Source: Octopus bimaculoides (taxonomy: Eukaryota). Taken from it: a stretch of 64,000 nt of DNA. Below, one piece after another: positions 24,117-36,574 of the stretch. Below the pieces are notes generated by a model. It had not been told where the DNA came from, searched no databases, and saw only the letters and a list, made by a program, of their open reading frames with translations. Within the stretch, counting starts at the first letter, position 1; every line of letters begins with the position of its first letter. The translations under genes and the position numbers were made by a program. The DNA is taken from the NCBI RefSeq assembly GCF_001194135.2, contig NC_068983.1, positions 92,162,129 to 92,226,128 of the forward strand. Direction: 5' to 3'.

Positions 24117-27100
24117 GTATATGTGTATGTGTATGTGTGTGTGTGGTAACTTTTTGAAACCTGCATAATTTGTTAATAAAATTTTCTACATATATGTCTC
24201 AGGTGGTATAGATTACAATTATATTAGAATTTGTCATGTAAAGCATTTTTCTCTCTCTTTTAAATACACTCAAAGGCAGCCAGTCCTCAACGTGGTTGTT
24301 TAGTATGCTAGAAATAGTAGTTATTAAGCATAAAAAAACAGCCACTATTCTGCTCTCCTAATATGCCGCAAAGGGGAAAAAAATGCATTGCAGTGTACTA
24401 GGAGCTGGGATTACTTGATAGCACTGGAAAAAATATGAGAAAGTGTATTAGGAGATGAGATCAGTAGATAACACAAGGAAAAAATAAAACGAAGAAAAAC
24501 CATTATTTCTCACTGAAATCGAGTTGAGTGTTGTTAAACTATAAATTTAAACTATATCTAAACTACGCCTTTTAAAAATATTCTGGCAAAAATCAGAAAG
24601 AAATTTTACAAGATCCCAAAGAAACTTTTATTTGTTGCATGTTGTTATGCTAAAAGAGATATACATAAAATGCAAATTAATAATAATTATTAATTAGAAT
24701 TTTTTGGAAGCTGGTTATAAACTTACTGATTATTTTTTTGTAGAAGCTCTGTTGTAAGACACAGTACTGTCTGTGTGGCAAGAACTTTGTTTCTTAGTTA
24801 TATGTTTCTGGATTTAGCACCAGTGTGTGACACCAAATGTCTTGCCCTATAGCCCCGTGTGCGCGTGTGTAGCTGTTTGTTCAAAACCTGAATGGGTGCT
24901 ATTTCAAAGAGATTTCCTCTTTTAAACAAGAGAAAAGAAATTTTATCTCATCTGCCCCATCTTTCTCACTCCCACTATACATATACACATGCTTGCATGT
25001 GTCTGAGTATACAATTCCCCACAAAATAAAAATACATATGCATAGAATCATACACATAAATACAAAGACCTCAACCAAACCACTATCAAAAATAATTGAA
25101 CTTTCAACCTTTAACCATTGTAGCCAAAATACTGAGTACTGAATTCTTTTACACATTCACACTCCTTTAGCATTTTACTTTTTTTAATACATACATACAG
25201 ACAGACAGAATTCACTTTATTGAAGTAATAAAGTTTCCCCCAAATTAAAGATACACACACACACACATATATATATAAAATACACTTTATTGAAATAAAA
25301 TGTTTCCCCCAAATTAAACATATTTATAGAAACTAACATACACAAACATATGCACACATATATACATACAATTCACTCATACATACTCTCACAGACACAC
25401 AAATATTTTACCCAAACATCCCCATAAACACTCCAAAACATTCACGTACAAACATACATATTGTCCTTTACACTAAAAATACACTTAATTTTTTCAAATT
25501 CAGCAGCTGACAGAAGCAATTTTGAATGAATGGGCTTGTGTTGCTAAAGTGTAGAAAGTATGTTTTTTTCTTTTTTTTGAAAAACCATGTAGAATTTTTT
25601 AAAAGATTTCAGGGAGACCACCTTTATGAAATGTCACAGTATAGAATGTGGCCCTCTTGAACATGGGGGCCTAGTTGGGTGCAATCGGTCCAGTTGGCTT
25701 AAGGCTGGCCCCGACAGTACTTTTCAGTCTGTTTAAATGTATCCTCATTAGTAGAAAACCTCAAAATATAGAGTGAGATATATGTAATAATAAAATTAAT
25801 TATATTTTTAGGATGATTAGAATTTTTACTTTGGTATCTTGAGGATTTATTTGGTTTATAGTATGATATATCCCTGTGCTCCTTGGTGAGGGCTCCTTTG
25901 ACTGCTACAGCTTGGTTTCAGCATTTTAAGAATTCATGTAATCATTATCCCAATTTTCCAACTATGCTAAATCTCTACAGCTTGTGACATATCCTCTGAT
26001 TAACCTTGTCAAAAGCCTTTGTAAAATCAAGACATATTTCATTTATATTTGAATTATTCATTAGTTGTTTCAGTCATAATGCTGCAGAATCTGTGTGAGA
26101 CAGCTTCTCTTTGGGAAGAAGCCATGCAAGGCAGGGCTGGATTTATGGGTAGGGGGGCAATTGCCCCAGGCATCTAGATATTGGTGGAGGGCCACTACTA
26201 GGAAGGATATGTAGCACTCGATATAGGAAGGCCCTCTCCATCTCCCAGCAATTAGGCATGAAGAGGTTCTCTTTCAATACACAAAGGTGTCTTGACTTCT
26301 TAAAAAAAGTAATGGATTCTCTTTTATGATAGCCACTTTAGAGACATCAAATAATTCAGTTAAAAAACAGTTTATAGTCCCAAAGCACTTATAATTCTGA
26401 AGGAAATTTGTAGCTGCTTTTGGGATAGAAAAGGGAAACAGCAGAGTACTCCTGAAAATGTATGTATGTATGCACCTGTGAATCTGTGTGTGTGTGTGTA
26501 AGTATATATAAATTTATATAAAGATAAAGAGATTGATAGAAAAATGTTATTGTCTCTTGGCCCAAATTCTTTCAATGTATGACTGGGCTTGACCTTGGCT
26601 TGCCCAATAGTGGTTAAAGGAACAGACACACACACACACATTTCTAATTCTGAACTTATTTCAGTGAGACTTTGAAAGCAAGTAAGTAAAGAAAACTTTT
26701 GAGTTTAGTTTTAATTATAAAATCACATCTTTCAACAGCTAAAAGCATTCTTTTTCAGGTTTAGAATTATTGCATATATATTCAAATGTTTCTTAAAATT
26801 GAACCTTTTCCTTATTTTTTATATATTTTTTGTCATTCTGTCAAACACTTGCAATTAGTATATGGAAGTGGGGCAAAATTGGTAACTGGGTTGAAATCAA
26901 TATTTTCTGATTTCTTGTTATTTTCTCTTATTTTGTACCATTGCATCATCTTTGGGAGTAAAATTTTGTCAGTACAGGTTACATAGTTGAGAGTAAAAAT
27001 TGGTCAGTATAGTATTGTTATTGCAGTTGAAAGTTTGAAACATAGGTGACAGGTACTATTTTCAAGAAACTTTTTCTCAAATTTGACCCAATTGTAATTA

Positions 27101-27633
27101 AGATAACTAATAAAATATCTGGATAATTTTTGGTGAAGAAGCTATAAAAATATCTTATGTTGAATTTTTAGATTTAGTTGAGTTTCACTAATTTAATATT
27201 GAGTGATTTTTTCATAATCCTCTTTCATTTGACCACGATATTTTAAATTTTGTTACATTTCCGATGTCTAAGGATGGATGTTTATGTGTCTGACTTTTTT
27301 TTTTTTTTTTTCAATTTAATTTTGAAGAACTGAAACCTTGTCATGTCTTACCCATTTTGTCCCAATAAATTTGACTTTTATATGCTCAAAGAGAACAAAG
27401 ATAATTTTCTGAAATCATGTTCTGAATATGTTATAGATTTTACTGTATTTAGAGAAGGTCTTTACTTTGCTGATATAGTTTTGGCAAGGTGGTGAGCATT
27501 TTAAAAAACATGTATTCTCTTCAAAGTCAAAAATGTAGTAAATATTACTCATTGTGCCCCGCCTACTCTTACTTGAAACTGGAAAAGCAGACTTTCGCAA
27601 ATAGCTGTTTGAATTCCCTGTTTTTGTTGGGAT

Positions 27634-27944
27634 TGTGGTGTTATGGGCTGTGATGAGCTATGATGAGCTAGCTATGTGGTGTTGGTGGAGAGGATTGTAG
27701 ATGAGGCAAACGGAAGTGAAAACTGCAGGGGCTGGTGGAAGAGGGACAGGCAGGCATGACACCGAGTATATGTGTGCAGTTCGAGCAGAGATGGTGCGTG
27801 TTAAAGGTCGTGTTTTGATCTGGTCAGTGATCACTCATCTCGCTACGGGCGACAGGTAAGGTCGCTGTATTCCTTTCTCCCTTTTGCTTCTTGTTCTGTT
27901 GTCTTTTTCCTCCATCACGCTACAAGCTATTTCAGCCCATAACA
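27634..27944 (+). repeat. 5' LTR with 12-bp inverted ends TGTTATGGGCTG...CAGCCCATAACA
   Basis: First about 85 bp shared with 31520-31603; inverted 12-mer at 27639-27650 and 27933-27944. Confidence 0.7.
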
Positions 27945-30900
27945 AAAAGATCGGNNNNNNNNNNNNNNNNNNNNNNNNNNNNNNNNNNNNNNNNNNNNNN
28001 NNNNNNNNNNNNNNNNNNNNNNNNNNNNNNNNNNNNNNNNNNNNNNNNNNNNNNNNNNNNNNNNNNNNNNNNNNNNNNNNNNNNNNNNNNNNNNNNNNNN
28101 NNNNNNNNNNNNNNNNNNNNNNNNNNNNNNNNNNNNNNNNNNNNNNNNNNNNNNNNNNNNNNNNNNNNNNNNNNNNNNNNNNNNNNNNNNNNNNNNNNNN
28201 NNNNNNNNNNNNNNNNNNNNNNNNNNNNNNNNNNNNNNNNNNNNNNNNNNNNNNNNNNNNNNNNNNNNNNNNNNNNNNNNNNNNNNNNNNNNNNNNNNNN
28301 NNNNNNNNNNNNNNNNNNNNNNNNNNNNNNNNNNNNNNNNNNNNNNNNNNNNNNNNNNNNNNNNNNNNNNNNNNNNNNNNNNNNNNNNNNNNNNNNNNNN
28401 NNNNNNNNNNNNNNNNNNNNNNNNNNNNNNNNNNNNNNNNNNNNNNNNNNNNNNNNNNNNNNNNNNNNNNNNNNNNNNNNNNAAGTTGCAAAAGCTGCCG
28501 AACATCAACTCAATGGCGATGGCAGATATTATAACTTGGGCTCGCGTGCTAGTTTTGTGTTGCAGGACGCCGCCAGTAGCATCAACTGCAACAACGAAAA
28601 GTGGCTGAGCAAGGAGTAGTGGAGAGGGGTCAAACAAGGAACGTGTGTGACCATTCAAAGGACAGTGTTTCCGGTGTCAGGGCTGTACGACAACCCTGAT
28701 GATTCCAGGAGAGACATGGAGTGGAGAAAGCAGTGTGAGGGCAGTCGACGGAAGAGAGGTACACTGTGAAGGCATTACAGATGTGCAGATTGTGGAACAA
28801 AGCTGACGCTGCAAGCAATTGTACTTGGCCACTTGGTGGACGAAATTGATGTGGTGATGGGGATGGATGCAATCACCCATTTAGGAGGTGTCACTGTCAA
28901 CGAGGCCTGTGTAACATCCGGGGTTGCGGGGAAACCATGTATGGCGAGACCGTGCATTGGTGAGAACCGTGAAGAAAACTATGCTGCGCACACCATTGAA
29001 GACCAGGACTTTCTTGCTGTCTTCGATGGCCAGAGGTGGACAGTGGAGTGGCACTGGAAGGGAGAGCTCCCGACGTTAAAAAATAAAGTGGGCTGCTATC
29101 AGCATACTTTGAAAGGAGTTGCCAGAAGCGAGTTCGAGGGGGAGGTGGAGCGGTGGATTAAGGAGGGCATATTGATCCCTTGGGAAGAAGAAGTAGAGAG
29201 CGGAGTCCTGCTGCTGATGGCGGTGGTACAGCCCACAAAGGATAATGTCAGACCAGTGCTTGACTTCTGAGAGCTGAATGACCACATATCATGTCATACG
29301 GGCGGTGAAGCCACAGATGTCTGCAGGGACACCTTGCGAGAGTGGAGGCAGATGACAGGGGCCTCCACGATCATTGATTTGAAGTTGGCATACCTGCAGG
29401 TGCATGTGGCTGAGGGACTGTGGAAGCATCAGCTTGTCAGGTATAAGGGCTGGACATATCTGTCTGACCAGGCTGGGTTTTGGGCTAAATTCAGCACCAA
29501 AGATTATGGCAACAATTCTCAAGGCCATCCTGGGAAAGGTGGACAGAGTAAAAAGGGCCACCAATTCGTACATCGTTGACATCCTTGTGGATGAAGCCAT
29601 AATGCCAGCAATGGAGGTCATAGGCCACCTGAAGAGTTTTGGACTGATTGCCAAGCTGCCAGAGGCCATAGAGGGAGGCGCTGAAATGGGCCTCAAGCTA
29701 TGGAGAGACAAGGCCTGCGCATTGGTGTTTCGGCGAGGGAATGAGATCCCCGAACTGGGCAACAACATGAGTAGACGGGAACTGTTCTCGGTGAGTAGGA
29801 AGCTGGTGGGACACTACTCGGTTGCAGGATGGCTCTGGACAGCATGTAGCTTTATCAAGAGATGAGCTGAAAGAGCAAAGTGGAATGATAAAATGGGGGA
29901 GAAGACGACCGACATGATGCAGGAAGTCTTGGTCAGAGTGAGAGCAGAGGATCCAGTGAGGGGCAGTTGGTATGTTCCCAAATCAAAGAGTGGGATCGTA
30001 TGGTGTGACGCCAGTAGCATCGCAATAGGGATTGTCTTAGAAATGGGAGGCGTCATGGTGGAAGAAGCAGCCTGGCTCAGGAAGACGGATGAATGCAGCC
30101 TTATCAATGTGGCAGAGTTGGATGCCGTGTTGAAGGGGGTGAACCTGGCCTTGAAGTGGGGGCTGTGCACCATAGAAATTAGGACCAATTCGGCCACTGC
30201 GCTTGGTTGGGTGATGGCAGTCATCACCAGTGAGCAGAGGGTGCGAATCAAAGGGGCTACAGAGATGTTGGTAAAGCATCGATTGGGGATACTGCATGAA
30301 CTAACCGCAGAGTTCGATCTGAAGCTGAGCGTGATCTTTGTGCCTTCCAAAAAGAACAGGGCAGACGTCCTGACCAGGGTAAAGCAAAGTCTGGTTGCAG
30401 GTGCAAGAGGATGCGGAGAAGGCTGTGGCTGCAGTATGCTGTCTGAGTGACTCGGAGCTGAAGAGACTGCATACCATGCATCACATGGGAGTGGACAGGA
30501 CATTGTTCCTAGCCAGGAAAGTCGACTCTGATGTAACAAGACGGAGTGTGCAGAGAGTGGTTAGCAGCTGCGACAGGTGCCAGTCTATCGACCCTGCTTT
30601 GGGCGTACATGAGGCAGGAAGTATTCCAGTGCACCACAACTGGAAACGACTGGCAGTGGACATAACATACTACCGGCAGGGGTCGTACCTCTCAATAGTT
30701 GACTGCGGACCGGGGCGGTTGGCCATATGGAGGGAGATGAAGACGGGGACTGCAGAGGAAATTGCAAGAGTATTAAATGAGATATTCCTGAAACGAGGCC
30801 CCGTGGATGAGCTGCTTCTGGATAATGGCATTGTATTTCGCTCGGAGGTGCTGAAAGAAATGCTTGATGAATGGTAGGTCGGCTGCTTCTTCAGAGCGGC

Positions 30901-31603
30901 ATACCGACCAAGTGGAAATGGAGTGGTGGAAAGGCATCATCGTACCATCAAGACCGTGGTAGAGAGGGGCCACATTTCACCAATCGAGGCCGTATTTTGG
31001 TACAATATGTCGCCCAGGTCAGGACAGGCTGAGGAGTCGGTGTCACATAGGGCAATATTCAGGTACGAGTGGAGGCATCCGTGTACTGCATCAATGCGAC
31101 CCAGGGGAGAGGAATAGCACACCTTTGTGCAGGTCGGGGAAGAAGTTTGGGTAAAAACCCCAAATGCATGGTATACATCACAATGGGGAAAAGGAACAAT
31201 AACCTCCATCAATTCGAAGAACAACGTGTCTGTCTATGGTATGTCACACCATGTTTTGGATGTGTGAAAGATTGTCATTGCCTCAGAGTATGAAACCAGC
31301 AGCAGTGGGCAAGAAGATGAAGACAGCAGCAGTAGGCAAGATGATGAAGCCAGCAGCAGTGTACCAGGAACTCAGGCCAGTCCCGGGGTTGCACAGTGAC
31401 CACAGAGGGAGCGGCGCCCTCTTCCCTGGTTGACTAATTATGAAACCAATTAAGGTGTGAGTTCGGGAGCAAGGATAGAGTGGGAAAGCCGGTTGAGTGA
31501 TCTGTAGATCAGTGGGGCGTGTGGTGTTATGGGCTGTGATGAGCTATGTGGTGTTGGTGGAGAGAATTGCAGATAGGCAAATGGAAGTGAAAACTGCAGG
31601 GGC
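27634..31603 (+). mobile_element. LTR retrotransposon (PR-RT-RH-IN order), compact pol, degraded; 3' LTR runs into a gap
   Basis: Matching LTR starts at 27634 and 31520; purine tract agtggggcg before the 3' LTR. RT VRPVLDF, DLKLAYLQ, RLGFGLNSAP, SYIVDIL. RH CDAS..INVAEL..NRADVLTR. IN H.MHHMGVDRT..CDRC, LAVDIT, LLLDNG, GVVERHHRTIK. Confidence 0.87.
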
Positions 31604-34600
31604 NNNNNNNNNNNNNNNNNNNNNNNNNNNNNNNNNNNNNNNNNNNNNNNNNNNNNNNNNNNNNNNNNNNNNNNNNNNNNNNNNNNNNNNNNNNNNNNNN
31701 NNNNNNNNNNNNNNNNNNNNNNNNNNNNNNNNNNNNNNNNNNNNNNNNNNNNNNNNNNNNNNNNNNNNNNNNNNNNNNNNNNNNNNNNNNNNNNNNNNNN
31801 NNNNNNNNNNNNNNNNNNNNNNNNNNNNNNNNNNNNNNNNNNNNNNNNNNNNNNNNNNNNNNNNNNNNNNNNNNNNNNNNNNNNNNNNNNNNNNNNNNNN
31901 NNNNNNNNNNNNNNNNNNNNNNNNNNNNNNNNNNNNNNNNNNNNNNNNNNNNNNNNNNNNNNNNNNNNNNNNNNNNNNNNNNNNNNNNNNNNNNNNNNNN
32001 NNNNNNNNNNNNNNNNNNNNNNNNNNNNNNNNNNNNNNNNNNNNNNNNNNNNNNNNNNNNNNNNNNNNNNNNNNNNNNNNNNGGACAGCAATAATCACAA
32101 AAAATGATTTTCTATTTTGTAATTTTCTGTCATTTTATCTTATTCTACATTCTGATACATGTAACTCACATTAAAAGAAAAAAAAATCTTACCCCACTCT
32201 TCCCTCTTTCATTGTGCTTTTCACAATGAAGAAAAAAATCAAACACTGCAAGTGGATGTGTGAAAAATGAAACTTGAATTCTTTGATAAAGTGTATCTAT
32301 AAAGCAACACTTTTAGTCATTTATTTAAACTTTCTCTGCTAACTCATCAAATTCAATTATTTGAAATAGATGGGTTTTGAGATTTAAATTTGATAATTTT
32401 CTAAGATTTTAATTCTTGTGTATAAGGGGCCCACTGAACTTGAAGTGCTCTGGGCCCCCCATGGTTTAAATCCGGTCCTGATGCAAGGTGTCGAAGTAAG
32501 TCATTATCTTCCAGGAAGATGACCAGCTTCCGCTTGACAATTCGTTCAATGACTTTGCTGACCTGTGAAGTTAGAGAAACAGGCCTATAAGTCTTAACAT
32601 CTGCTCTGCTTCCACCTTTATGGATAGGTCATATGCCCTCGTTTAACTTTTTGAGATGTCTACCACTTACAAGGAGTCTTTGGAAGAGGATCTATGGGGT
32701 CTAGTGAAGGCCCCTTTGCATTTTTTGGGTAGATTGCCAGGAACTCGTCAGGGCCAGTGGTGAGTTTAATCTTATTTCATCAATGGCTGATATTACATTA
32801 GTTTCCTTTATATCAATTTAATCGATTATTGCCATCCCTTTATGTAAAGCTGTAGTGTCAAAGAACTCATCACGTATATATATTTGCAAGTGTCTCAAGG
32901 GAGATCTGAAAACACTTTTGTATTGCACACTGTATTTCACTTTGTATTTCACTTATCCTCACAAGATATGCAGAATATACAGTCAGTAAGCCATTTTCTT
33001 CGAATAATGGCTTTATATTGTACCATACTGAGGCATACTTTTTCAAATTTGTTGAAGGCTTTAGGGTTCATTTTTACAGCCCAGACATGTTTTCTGCTCT
33101 CCCCTTTACAAGGGAATGTTTGAGTTTGTTTTCAATCTCAAATACTGCTTGTTTCACAAAGGACCCCTCACTATTCTTTAGAGGCCCATTTAGATAATGC
33201 AAGATTTTTATTAGTCATCTCATTTGAATTTTCCTATCCTTTGGAATTGTGTTTTTCTGTTGGCCTGATAGTCTCTCTAGAATAAACTTATTGCAAATGT
33301 TGCATGATTGTGATAATGTGTTGTAGTTTTATGTCAATATCCTACATAGAGGGACGAGTAGACCAGTTTTAGATCCCTTTCTGAATACTTTTCCAGTTGA
33401 CTTTATGAAAGTTCAGGTGGAAAGGAGTTGGGTGCTTCATGTTCGCAGTTTTCCTCAGACTATACATTGTTAGTTCTACTAAGTTATGATCTGAAAAAAT
33501 TGTTAATGTCACTTTAACATGAATGAGTGATGCATTATTTGTGAAGCAGAGATCCAGGATTTTTACTCTTTGTTGGATGGAACACTATTTGCTTCATGAA
33601 TAGCATGTTTGTAAGGTCAAGTAGAGACTGTTTACCTCTGCTCATGCTGTGACATACCTGAGAGGAAACTACCCTCGGACCATTGAACATTACAGAGGTT
33701 AAAGTCTCCTAACAGTACGTGAAGGCTGTCATCTAAGTTGGTTAATGCTTCTTCCATCCTTTTGAAGTTCTCTCCGAATGAGTCCCCATGATTTGGAGCA
33801 TCTATTGGGTGATATGTATTGCCATTTTGATCTGTTTCGTAAGTATGACAGCATGATTACAGGTGAGACATGTTCCTGGATACACATCCTAACTCCATCA
33901 TGAATTCTTCCCCTTCTCTCAATTTGAAATACAACATAGTTCTGTATGTGTATTTTGGTATCAGTTAGGTGTATTTCTGCTAGTGCCATGCATGTAACTA
34001 AGTCTCTCAGATATGAGGTTTTGTGCTGGTGGGATGTTATGAAGCCTCTGGCATTCAACAACAATGGTGTGGTGTTTGGGGTGTCCAGAGTGGCTATTGG
34101 TTTGACTTATGTGGAAGTGTCAGGAGTGGTCATCCATGAGCTTTCATTGTTTGCAGTGGCCTTGCATGCTAGAAATTGTTTTTTTGATTCTGTGTTTCTT
34201 CTAGCCAGGTAAGCTTCCTTACAATCTTCTGTGCCATGTCCGAAGAAGACTGCTGTTCAGTGCTGCTGTACATGCTGTATCTATATATTTTTCTTTGAAA
34301 CAGTATAAATCTCATCTGCATATTTTAAAGGTGGAGACACTGTTTGTTGTGACCTGATCTTTGGATGTTCAAAGCAGCAGCCTATCCTCAGCTCTACCTT
34401 GCAGGTAGAATTTACTTACTAGGTGTCTGTGTGTGTTGTCTATTTTTTGTGGGGTTTTCATTGACACCTTTTAATATAGGCAACCTAAGTGGTTTCTTTC
34501 CATGATTGTTCTTTCTGAGAGCTGTTTGTTTTGGTTTTTCTTCTCTTTTATTTGTGTTTTCTTTTCTATGTATATGTATGCATATATAAATGAATGTGTG

Positions 34601-34799
34601 TGTATGTGTACGTATGTATTACCTAGCAGAAGCAGGAAAGAAGTGGTTTGCCAAAGTTATACAGCAAGAAGATCAGAGATGAGAGGTATTCCAGATAGCT
34701 TGACAGTATACCTGAGGGAATCAAGATATTGTGAGTGAGAAGTGTGCATGAATGGATAATGGTATGCTTGCACTTAGTTACTCTTATAAGAAAGAGGCA

Positions 34800-35520
34800 T
34801 GGATATGCTACAATGAAAAGTTATTAAATGTGGAGAATGCATGAGAGAAAAAAGGATCTTTCCAATGAATGATAGGCAATCAAGGATATGAAGACAGAGA
34901 AAGCCTCTGGTGTATCAAGAATAACTGCTGAGATGCTTAAAATATCTTGTGGGGTATTATACAGTCTAATAACCTGTGTAGTTAATCAGGAACGTATCAT
35001 CCCCAATGACAGATGTACCTGCATTATAGCCAAGGGTTACAAGTGTAATGGAAATACTTTAGAAAGAAGTCACTACAAAGGTATGAAAGTTAGAGAGAGC
35101 ATTATAACTAAATTAGAAACAGAATTAGAGAAGATGAACTGCAGTTTGGTTTTGTGCTGGTTAGAAGTACTAGTGATGCTATCTTCCTAGTGAGATAACT
35201 GCAGCAGAAGTATTTAGCTAAATGTAAAATATTACACTTGGCATTTGTTGATCTGGAGAAAGCATTCGAAAGAGTCCTTCACTTTGATATGGTGGTCTCT
35301 GAGGTAGCCAGAGCTAGATGAATGGCTTGATGGAGGTGCTAGCAGTAAGGTGGAAGTTAACCATGAGTACAAAGAGGAATTTAGTCTGCCAGTAGGCATG
35401 CATTAGGTTCAGTTCTCACTCCCCTCATATTCATCTTAGTCTTTCAGGAATTTAAGTCCAGCTACTCCTGCAAATTACTATATGCTAATGAACTCATTCT
35501 GATAGCAAAATCTGTAACAG
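34800..35520 (+). mobile_element. RTE LINE RT fragment
   Basis: MKTEKASGVSRITAEMLK, LAFVDLEKAFE, GMH*VQFSLP..F. Confidence 0.6.
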
Positions 35521-35529
35521 AATTAGAAA

Positions 35530-35870
35530 TAAGAATTCCAATGGTTTTAGGATATCATTTTTGCTAGGGTATTGCCTAGCAAATTGTAATTGGTTTCTAT
35601 TACATACTCACTTCTTGGTTTTCTCTCCAAGATTTCTCTGATGTAGTAGTAAGAAAGAGCTGTTCTTCTTTGTGGATTCATCAAGTACCTCAGATAGAAA
35701 TTTGTTCAAATATTCTCTTAAAACATCCCCATCTACATCTTGCAGGTCTGTGATATAGTTTGGCAGAGTGTGGAAAAGTTGTGGATCCTTGAAACATAAG
35801 TTGTTACAGTACTGGGTCCTTACCCTGGATAAAGAGATCAGGACCTTTGGTACTATGTAATGGCATCCAG
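35530..35870 (-). mobile_element. CR1-like LINE 3' end fragment
   Basis: NNLCFKDPQLFHTLPNYITDLQDVDGDVLREYLNKFLSEVLDE resembles the CR1 C-terminal GP.LFN.LP..IR......F...LDKFL..VPD. Confidence 0.5.
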
Positions 35871-35973
35871 TTCATATATATATATNNNNNNNNNNNNNNN
35901 NNNNNNNNNNNNNNNNNNNNNNNNNNNNNNNNNNNNNNNNNNNNNNNNNNNNNNNNNNNNNNNNNTATATATA

Positions 35974-36320
35974 TGAGGGGTACCCGAAAGTAACTGGAAA
36001 CATTCTCTGTGGGACAAGCCCGTTGTAGTTCAGGCTTCTACTGCTAGAAGCCTCTTGATACAACCCTCAAGCATCAGTCTACTCACTGGTGTCATTGATT
36101 GGTATTGCACTGCCATGTGGTGCGTCTTTGTTTTGCTTCGCCCCTGTTCGTCAATTCTGTCTGTTGACCTCTGAACGAATGTAAACATCATGAAAATTCA
36201 TGAGCTGATCTTGAAGGACTGTCATCGAATGATTGCCAAACTTTTTGATATAACTGTTGTGTTCTAGAGCTCTTGCCAACGAATTTTGAGCGAGGAATTA
36301 TGAATGGAAAGCAGTTTTTT
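35974..36320 (+). mobile_element. Tc1/mariner 5' fragment
   Basis: ta-tgaggggtacccgaaagtaac terminus; HTH remnant KIHELILKDCHRMIA..SCQRILSEEL. Confidence 0.5.
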
Positions 36321-36574
36321 AGTTTTTGTGTTAAGTTTCTGTTTGTCGCTTTTGGTCCAATCAACAATTCTTTTCACTATCTGTTTTTGGTAATTTCTGG
36401 TGGGGAGGCTTTGGTCTCGTGCTGCAATTAAAAATCCTTTAGTCTCTGTTTTTATCCCTGAGCTTCTCAGACATTGTTGGGATTTTACTTTGTCTGTTTC
36501 TTTTCTGTTTAGTTTAATCCAGTATTTGCCATGAAGGGGCTTTTCTTGCTATTGTTTTATCATGATCCATTACT

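Larger units (their letters stand above)
26132..32480. mobile_element. hAT-type DNA transposon (non-autonomous, degraded) hosting an LTR element
   Basis: TIR CAGGGCTGGATTTA / TAAATCCGGTCCTG (12 of 14). Perfect 8-bp TSD atgcaagg at 26124-26131 and 32481-32488. Only a weak hATC-like remnant on the minus strand (TFSKYSKIYNIFRT, about 27420-27460). Confidence 0.82.
25850..34400 (-). mobile_element. CR1-like LINE (APE + RT), interrupted by hAT
   Basis: APE LLNARG..LRDLV..ALAEIHL..GGV-like at 33729-34064. RT PIHKGGSRADVKTYRPVSLTSQVSKVIERIV..FLEDNDLL right of the hAT continues as HGFFPKRSCLTQIL..LDFTKAFDKV left of it. Confidence 0.75.

Noticed and set aside
25640-25715. hAT-like terminus (…ttaaggctggccccg)
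   Set aside because: I could not find a partner TIR or TSD.
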